A stretch of 64,000 nucleotides of DNA from a virus, in IMG/VR virus record IMGVR_UViG_3300009152_000030, positions 110,118 through 174,117 of that record. One strand, written 5' to 3'. The position numbers and the translations under genes are program-made. Shown piece by piece: positions 58,764 through 64,000 of this stretch (position 1 is the first letter of the stretch; every line of letters begins with the position of its first letter). The notes under the pieces are model-generated. The model searched no databases. It was not told the origin of the DNA and saw only the letters and a list, made by a program, of their open reading frames with translations.

Positions 58764-60692
58764 CTACTTGACAGGACAGAATCCACCTTCGCAATCGCTA
58801 GAGTCAACACTCGCGTCAAATGAAATACCATTGATTAACTTAGTTGTTCTAACCAGTTCATTATAGACATCTTCTGTGATTTCTTCAAGAGGCGCTTGCT
58901 TAAAACCATGCTCAGAATGTAATAAGAATGAAAGACTTTTATGATTTAAAGTATAGTTCTCACGAAGATATTCTTTAACCTGATCAAGTTCTTCTTTCCT
59001 ATAGTAGATAGTGCAAGATACACTATTGTCTGACCAATCTTCCTGTAGTCTTTTAACAACTGCAAGCTGATCAAGAGCTGTCATGTCTCTAGCTAGAAGT
59101 GTACCTTCTGGGTAAGAGAATGGAAACTCAGCCACCATAGTTGAATAGTCAAGGCTACCGTCAAAGTTTTCCTGATACTCAATCTTATAATTGTGTGAAC
59201 GCACTACTTCAATCAATGGATGATTAGCAGCAATACGAATACGACGAATAAGATGTCTAGCATAAGCAGGATGTGCACCCGGTGTAACACCAGGAAGCAA
59301 ACTAAGTGTACCGCTAGGTTTTACGGTAGTAAGTTTAACGCTAACAGGGAATCCCTTTGCAGCGCTATACTCAACATCGTAAGCACGAAGCTCGCCATAA
59401 ACATCCCTGAGCCAAGACTTTTGTTCATCTGTAGCTTGAAGATATCCAGTGATACCAATACCCATACGCATATGTTTATTGACAATCTCTTCTGTCTCTG
59501 AGTGGTGGCAATGTAAAGCCAAGCTATGCTTGTTAATACGGTAAAGTAGCTTACATACGTCAGCTAATTCAGCTGGACTTGTTATGTTAGGAAGAAATAC
59601 TTCTGCCAAACAGCAAGTCTCAAAGTTAGCAAGACTCTGTTCTGCGCATGGGTTATAGCCCATGACAGCAGGATCAGGATACTCTGTTTCGCCAAGGCGA
59701 CCCATAGCACGCGAAAGCTTAAGGTTAATTAAACCATAAGGCTCTCCCTTGCCTTCATAACCATCCCAGAACATATCTGGAAGGTCATTGATATCGTCAC
59801 AAGCTACACTATTATTAGACATTGCACGCCAGCTTGGGATAGTACCCAAGTCCCAACGCTTAGCAAGTAAGAACTCAATATCGTCACAGTCACCGATGGC
59901 GATCTGTGCGCTACGTCGGACGTTACCAGCAACTACAATGCTGCCAATAATGTTCATGATATCTAGACAATCAACACTGCGTAATTGCTTACCAGCGCGC
60001 CTCTCTAGAACCTTACCAATATTAGCTATACCTTCACATAAAATCTCAGGTCCGCTAGCTACGCCACCAAAGCCTTTGATTGGCGCGCCCTTACCACGAA
60101 TTAGCTGAGTGCTAAATGTAAATGTATTCTTCTTGTCTGCAAGGAATGCAGCCTTAAGAGTCTTAGCTAATAGTGCAACCCAACCTTCTCTTGTGTCAGA
60201 CACAATGAAGTCAGAGTCTCCTTGATCTCTGCGGGTTGGGCTCTTAAAGTTCTTACGAACCTTAGGAAGTTTATTAATGTGCTCACGCTGAATATTGTAG
60301 CCAACGCCACAGCCAAGCATAAGCATATCCATTGTCCAAGTGAATGGACGAACAGGTCCGTCTACAACAGTAAAAGCACAGTTCTGTAAGCTAGGAAGAC
60401 CTAAGTCCTTAACAGTTCTAGTGCCTAGTTGCCACAGAAAGCGGCCAGCAACGGTACCTTTGAGCTCAAGCATATAAGTCCTAAGCCTAGCTTTCTCATA
60501 GGCCGTAAAACCCACCTTAAGCTGCTTCTCACTAGCATTAAGAACACGATCTACGGTGTCAGTCCATTCCTCTGTTGGGCCATTAAGATCAGTCTCACTA
60601 AGCCTTCTAGCATAGGTTCTCTTGTAAGTTAGATAGCCTACAGTGCTCCAAGGTGTAACTATATCTTTTGTAAAATTATCAATATTTGGCAT
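58764..60692 (-). CDS. nrdJ: class II (B12-dependent) ribonucleotide reductase, monomeric RTPR-like
   Basis: TYKRTYAR, LQNCAF, VVAGNVRRSA, NPCAEQSL, ETCCL, TTVKPSGT, C-terminal CEGGFCPVK. No NrdB partner is nearby. Confidence 0.9.
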   Translation of the reverse strand: MPNIDNFTKDIVTPWSTVGYLTYKRTYARRLSETDLNGPTEEWTDTVDRVLNASEKQLKVGFTAYEKARLRTYMLELKGTVAGRFLWQLGTRTVKDLGLPSLQNCAFTVVDGPVRPFTWTMDMLMLGCGVGYNIQREHINKLPKVRKNFKSPTRRDQGDSDFIVSDTREGWVALLAKTLKAAFLADKKNTFTFSTQLIRGKGAPIKGFGGVASGPEILCEGIANIGKVLERRAGKQLRSVDCLDIMNIIGSIVVAGNVRRSAQIAIGDCDDIEFLLAKRWDLGTIPSWRAMSNNSVACDDINDLPDMFWDGYEGKGEPYGLINLKLSRAMGRLGETEYPDPAVMGYNPCAEQSLANFETCCLAEVFLPNITSPAELADVCKLLYRINKHSLALHCHHSETEEIVNKHMRMGIGITGYLQATDEQKSWLRDVYGELRAYDVEYSAAKGFPVSVKLTTVKPSGTLSLLPGVTPGAHPAYARHLIRRIRIAANHPLIEVVRSHNYKIEYQENFDGSLDYSTMVAEFPFSYPEGTLLARDMTALDQLAVVKRLQEDWSDNSVSCTIYYRKEELDQVKEYLRENYTLNHKSLSFLLHSEHGFKQAPLEEITEDVYNELVRTTKLINGISFDASVDSSDCEGGFCPVK

Positions 60693-60743
60693 TTTAAACT
60701 CTCTTAAAATAAACGGGAATAGAAGCGGGTAAGGATTATCTTA

Positions 60744-61256
60744 TCACTGGGTTTCGAAGCCCTCTGATCCTTTACCAAAAGCTTTTAACTCACTATTGAC
60801 TGAGTAAGCTACGCTCTCCAGTACCCTTCTCATACCTATAAGTTGGCCCTGAATTCTTTCAAAGAAATCTACTAGAAAGCTATGTAAAACTTCCTTTGTA
60901 TTATCGTCATCAAACTCCACGTCAAGACTTGCCTGTAACTGATCTACAGTAAACTTAGGATTATCTTTCTTAAGTTGCAAAAGTTTTGCAGCTTTATAAG
61001 ACTTGGTAGCAGAGTGATGAAGATCTCTGGCCAGAACGGCTTGACTGTGCTTGTGATTCACATCACTAAGTAAGTCCGCAATACGTCTAAATTGCCTATA
61101 GACGTCCTTAACAGTCATATCATCGGGCAAACTTACCCGATAATACTCAGCCCATTCTGTCAGAGTCTTCTTATTGAAAGAAATAGTATTGACTAGGTTG
61201 ATATCAGTTACGCAGCTTTTCTTTGCAGACTCAACTTTATCTTTATCTATTTCCAT
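60744..61256 (-). CDS. helical protein, possibly UvsY-like recombination mediator
   Basis: All-helical, 170 aa. LVDFFERIQGQLIGMRRVLESV loosely resembles the UvsY C-terminal helix. Located near recA. Confidence 0.35.
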   Translation of the reverse strand: MEIDKDKVESAKKSCVTDINLVNTISFNKKTLTEWAEYYRVSLPDDMTVKDVYRQFRRIADLLSDVNHKHSQAVLARDLHHSATKSYKAAKLLQLKKDNPKFTVDQLQASLDVEFDDDNTKEVLHSFLVDFFERIQGQLIGMRRVLESVAYSVNSELKAFGKGSEGFETQ

Positions 61257-61266
61257 CAGTTACTCC

Positions 61267-61686
61267 TTAGTCAGTTTCCCACTCGTCTGACGTGCTAGCT
61301 TTAGCAGTAACTTTGGCAGGAGCGGGCTTCTTTGCAAGGTATGCGTCAGGAACACTGCTCTTCGCAGCTGGCTTACCTGCAGCAGGCTTAGCAGCTGACG
61401 ATGCCGAGCGTGTCTGGCCACCCGTCTGACTCTCATATTCATCAACAAGCGCCTGCTTAATATCAAGCAAGAACTGGCCACTTTCCTTAGGAGCAATAAT
61501 CGTATCCTCATATGCCTCCCCGCGCTTAGCGCTAGGAGCACCAGCAAATAGACCGTTCTTACCCTTAACTACCTTCCATCCCTTCAGGATAAGATCACCA
61601 TCGTCGGTCACAAGAGTGACATCAGCCATAGCGACAACAGGACCAGTAGGATTACTAAGGGGATTGACACGAACTTTAATTTCCAT
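61267..61686 (-). CDS. SpoVG-family nucleic-acid-binding protein with SSB-like acidic tail
   Basis: VAMADVTL...LKGWKVVKGKNGLFAGAPS...YEDTI..P...IKQALVDEY matches SpoVG. It is followed by an Ala/Lys/Pro linker and SDEWETD. Confidence 0.8.
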   Translation of the reverse strand: MEIKVRVNPLSNPTGPVVAMADVTLVTDDGDLILKGWKVVKGKNGLFAGAPSAKRGEAYEDTIIAPKESGQFLLDIKQALVDEYESQTGGQTRSASSAAKPAAGKPAAKSSVPDAYLAKKPAPAKVTAKASTSDEWETD

Positions 61687-61825
61687 AATTTACCTCTTTG
61701 ATTTTGGCAAGTTTACTTTCGTTGTACTTGGCCAGCAAGTTAAAACCAATCTCAAAAATGATTGGTGTAGCAATAATAATAGCCTGTTTAACGGCATATT
61801 TATTTTTTAATAAATAATAATACAT
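61676..61825 (-). CDS. unannotated 49-aa ORF
   Basis: MYYYLLKNKYAVKQAIIIATPIIFEIGFNLLAKYNESKLAKIKEVNYGN, preceded by AAGAG. It fills the gap and overlaps the spoVG-like start. Confidence 0.35.
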   Translation of the reverse strand: MYYYLLKNKYAVKQAIIIATPIIFEIGFNLLAKYNESKLAKIKEVNYGN

Positions 61826-61849
61826 GTAATACTCTTAAATAATAATTAG

Positions 61850-62188
61850 TTACTCAGTCTCAATATCTGACTTGAATGATTCAACTTCACTAACTACAGT
61901 AAAATCTCCTGATCCTACTAGACTACCGATTTGAAAAGCAACAAAAAGTAGAAGACCTGCGGCATTAAGTGTCTTCTCTCCACCAAGAACGCCCAGTGCA
62001 GTAAGCATAGGATCATTCTGAGCTAGAAGAGTCTCAATCATAAGCATGACTGCCTTCTTGCCTTTCGTATTCTCAATGCCTTCAGGTTGGTTGATCTTAT
62101 CAACAATTGCCTTAAGCAAAGAAGCAAAAGGAATTTCCTCTGAGTCTTTGTTTAGGATTTTAATCTTGACATCGTTTTCTTGTTCCAT
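61850..62188 (-). CDS. hypothetical protein
   Basis: GAGG RBS, TAATG coupling and one hydrophobic helix. Confidence 0.55.
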   Translation of the reverse strand: MEQENDVKIKILNKDSEEIPFASLLKAIVDKINQPEGIENTKGKKAVMLMIETLLAQNDPMLTALGVLGGEKTLNAAGLLLFVAFQIGSLVGSGDFTVVSEVESFKSDIETE

Positions 62189-62736
62189 TAGCCCTCTTTT
62201 TTATAAGTTATGAATAAGTTGCCATTATTATGTGAAAAATTATATGGAATACCATGTTGATCCATTGCTTTCATTCCCATTGCTTGGAAGAAATATGGAT
62301 TATATCCGTACGGATCTTTGAATCTACTTAAGTGGTTTCGAAGCTCTCCAGCTACATATGGACTATTAGTATAGATTCTAAGTTTTGTGCCAGTCATTAG
62401 GCTATTAAATCCTAAGCCACTAGTATACTGCTTTAGTGCAAGACTTGCAAGCAAAAAAGTAGTTTTAGTGTAGATATCGTAGCCTTCAGGCAGCAACTCT
62501 TTATACTTATAAACAAAGAAATCTGTCTTGTCCATATCTATATCTGGACCTTCGGTAGACCCGTATCTATAGACAACCATTTGCTCTACATCATCAAAGA
62601 ATAGACCAATATGGGTCCAGAGGCCGTGCCTATATGGAAATCCAAGTCTGGGATTAAAGCCATATCCAAAGGAAAAAGCTATAGTCCACATATAAGTACG
62701 AATCTTATCTAATACTTTATAGTAAAAATTCTTCAT
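62188..62736 (-). CDS. hypothetical protein
   Basis: 182-aa ORF coupled to its neighbours. Confidence 0.5.
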   Translation of the reverse strand: MKNFYYKVLDKIRTYMWTIAFSFGYGFNPRLGFPYRHGLWTHIGLFFDDVEQMVVYRYGSTEGPDIDMDKTDFFVYKYKELLPEGYDIYTKTTFLLASLALKQYTSGLGFNSLMTGTKLRIYTNSPYVAGELRNHLSRFKDPYGYNPYFFQAMGMKAMDQHGIPYNFSHNNGNLFITYKKEG

Positions 62737-62744
62737 AGTAGTTC

Positions 62745-63272
62745 TTACTTCTTTGGATCTCTTTCACGCTGAAGATCAAGATGTAAGCCGGTCATATAGA
62801 TACTAGCTGTACGACACAGGTTAATGAAGATATCCATCTCACCTGAGGTCATTGAGGTAGAGATACTATCACCAGCCTCATTGCGCATCGTAAGCATATA
62901 AGTACCAAGGTACTTGTCTACGCCACTCTGCATTGTAAGCTTCTTGACGTTATCCTCGCTAGCGCCAGGCGGCACGTGAATAAGGTTTAAGGTCTGACGC
63001 TGTGAGGTGTCAACCCAACCATTCATTACACCATTATAGAAACTAAGAATCTGATAGATATCGTTAATGCCTACGGCAAAAACAATCTTATTACCCCAGT
63101 CAAAGGTATTATGACCACCTTCGTTCTTCCCACCAGTTGCACGAGCAAACTGGAGATATACTGCACCCTCCTTTTCTACTTGCTTACCGTACTCACTATC
63201 TTTAGTGGTTACAGGAATGTAAGAGATCTGAAGGGCACTACTCTTTTTAACAATCTGAAACTGCTTTGACAT
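62745..63272 (-). CDS. Whirly-like ssDNA-binding protein
   Basis: AAGGTGA RBS. FQIVKKSSAL, EGAVYLQFARATG, FDWGNKIVFAVGINDI, LIHVP, VKKLTM and SMTSGEMDIF...IYMTG occur in the same order as the plant Whirly motifs. Confidence 0.7.
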   Translation of the reverse strand: MSKQFQIVKKSSALQISYIPVTTKDSEYGKQVEKEGAVYLQFARATGGKNEGGHNTFDWGNKIVFAVGINDIYQILSFYNGVMNGWVDTSQRQTLNLIHVPPGASEDNVKKLTMQSGVDKYLGTYMLTMRNEAGDSISTSMTSGEMDIFINLCRTASIYMTGLHLDLQRERDPKK

Positions 63273-63293
63273 TACTTCACCTTATTCTATTGT

Positions 63294-63764
63294 TTATTCT
63301 TGAGGAAATAATTCCCACTTGTCTAGTATTAAATTCTTGTTTTCCAATTTCCAATTAAATGCTTCAGATAACTTCTGAAGATAGAAGAATAAAACTTCCT
63401 CATCTTCAAAGAAATCAGTATAAACGAATTGCAATTCCTCTGTAGAAACTACATCCTTGTCAGAAGCATCCTTTTGACTGTTATAGACAAAAGTAAATAA
63501 TTCTTTATATAACGTACTATTAACAACAAGGAGAGGTTCATCCTTAGCTAAGGATTTAAACTCTTTTGAGTTTGCTGTGAATACTCCCTTACAGTAGCAA
63601 GTCAATTTGAATTTGTCAAGATCTTCTCGCTCCCAAATCATATTAAAACCTATTGCTTTAAAATCATTGTCGGCTTTAACAAGAATGGGAGTTTCCAATG
63701 TTTGTAATTCTGAGATACTCTTTAGTTCAAAGTCTGCTTTAGTAGCGGTAAATCTCTGAGGCAT
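63294..63764 (-). CDS. hypothetical protein
   Basis: AAGGA RBS; 156 aa. Confidence 0.55.
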   Translation of the reverse strand: MPQRFTATKADFELKSISELQTLETPILVKADNDFKAIGFNMIWEREDLDKFKLTCYCKGVFTANSKEFKSLAKDEPLLVVNSTLYKELFTFVYNSQKDASDKDVVSTEELQFVYTDFFEDEEVLFFYLQKLSEAFNWKLENKNLILDKWELFPQE

Positions 63765-64000
63765 TTAATATTCCTTCTATTAGTTCCATTACTTTCAGAT
63801 AAATATCTACCAGAAAGTATTTTCGGGTGTTTAATAAGAGCTTGGAATTGTTTAATACGATTTAAATTTGAAAAATGCTCTAACCAATTTTCCATAAGTA
63901 CTGGCTCAGTAATAAAAATATCCAGTGAAGCCTTAGGTTCATTTTGCTCTATCTTTATCTCTGGAAGTATAGATAGTAAAAGATAAGTCTTATAGTCTAA
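63722..64000 (-). CDS. 5'-truncated hypothetical protein
   Basis: The minus frame is open from the window end to TAA at 63722 (LDYKTYLLLSILPEIK...). Confidence 0.35.
   Translation of the reverse strand, partial: LDYKTYLLLSILPEIKIEQNEPKASLDIFITEPVLMENWLEHFSNLNRIKQFQALIKHPKILSGRYLSESNGTNRRNIKCLRDLPLLKQTLN

Noticed and set aside
73-61810. Numerous short opposite-strand or alternate-frame ORFs in the track (e.g. 573..956, 3841..4266, 43452..43778, 58139..58576, 61260..61547)
   Set aside because: They lie within longer motif-bearing genes and lack RBSs or recognisable motifs, so I treated them as shadow ORFs.
1-64000. Stop-codon reassignment (TAG/TGA recoding) as in some large phages
   Set aside because: Genes are full length under the standard code, and TAA, TAG and TGA all occur at natural gene ends coupled to the next start.

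Overview
The window is a 64-kb internal segment of a large, AT-rich, tailed dsDNA phage, probably jumbo-sized and probably contractile-tailed, read with the standard genetic code. It has two convergent arms. The + arm (1-37808) is a tightly coupled late operon. It encodes two M15-peptidase-bearing tail proteins (one is a 2721-aa baseplate-hub-like fusion), gp25-like and baseplate J-like wedge proteins, about 10 further virion proteins, three mosaic tail-fibre/receptor-binding proteins, a CHAP endolysin and a holin. A bidirectional terminator at ~37827-37865 separates the arms. The - arm (37881-64000) is replication, recombination and nucleotide metabolism: RusA, dUTPase, two Cas4/PD-(D/E)xK-like proteins, a DnaG-DnaB fusion, a sigma70 factor, tRNA-Asn, a metallophosphoesterase, DnaE, PhoH, an AAA+/vWA pair, RecA and class II RNR. 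Three observations stand out. (1) DnaE is split through the middle of its palm active site into two genes with no intein, with a reciprocally degenerate duplicated segment and a small gene between the halves. (2) The phage encodes a Cys-rich surface protein with a MYXO-CTERM-like sorting tail, resembling a miniature TraA. (3) A plant-Whirly-like protein and a SpoVG homologue with an SSB-like acidic tail are candidate non-canonical ssDNA-binding proteins. All family calls come from motif recognition by eye; no searches were run.
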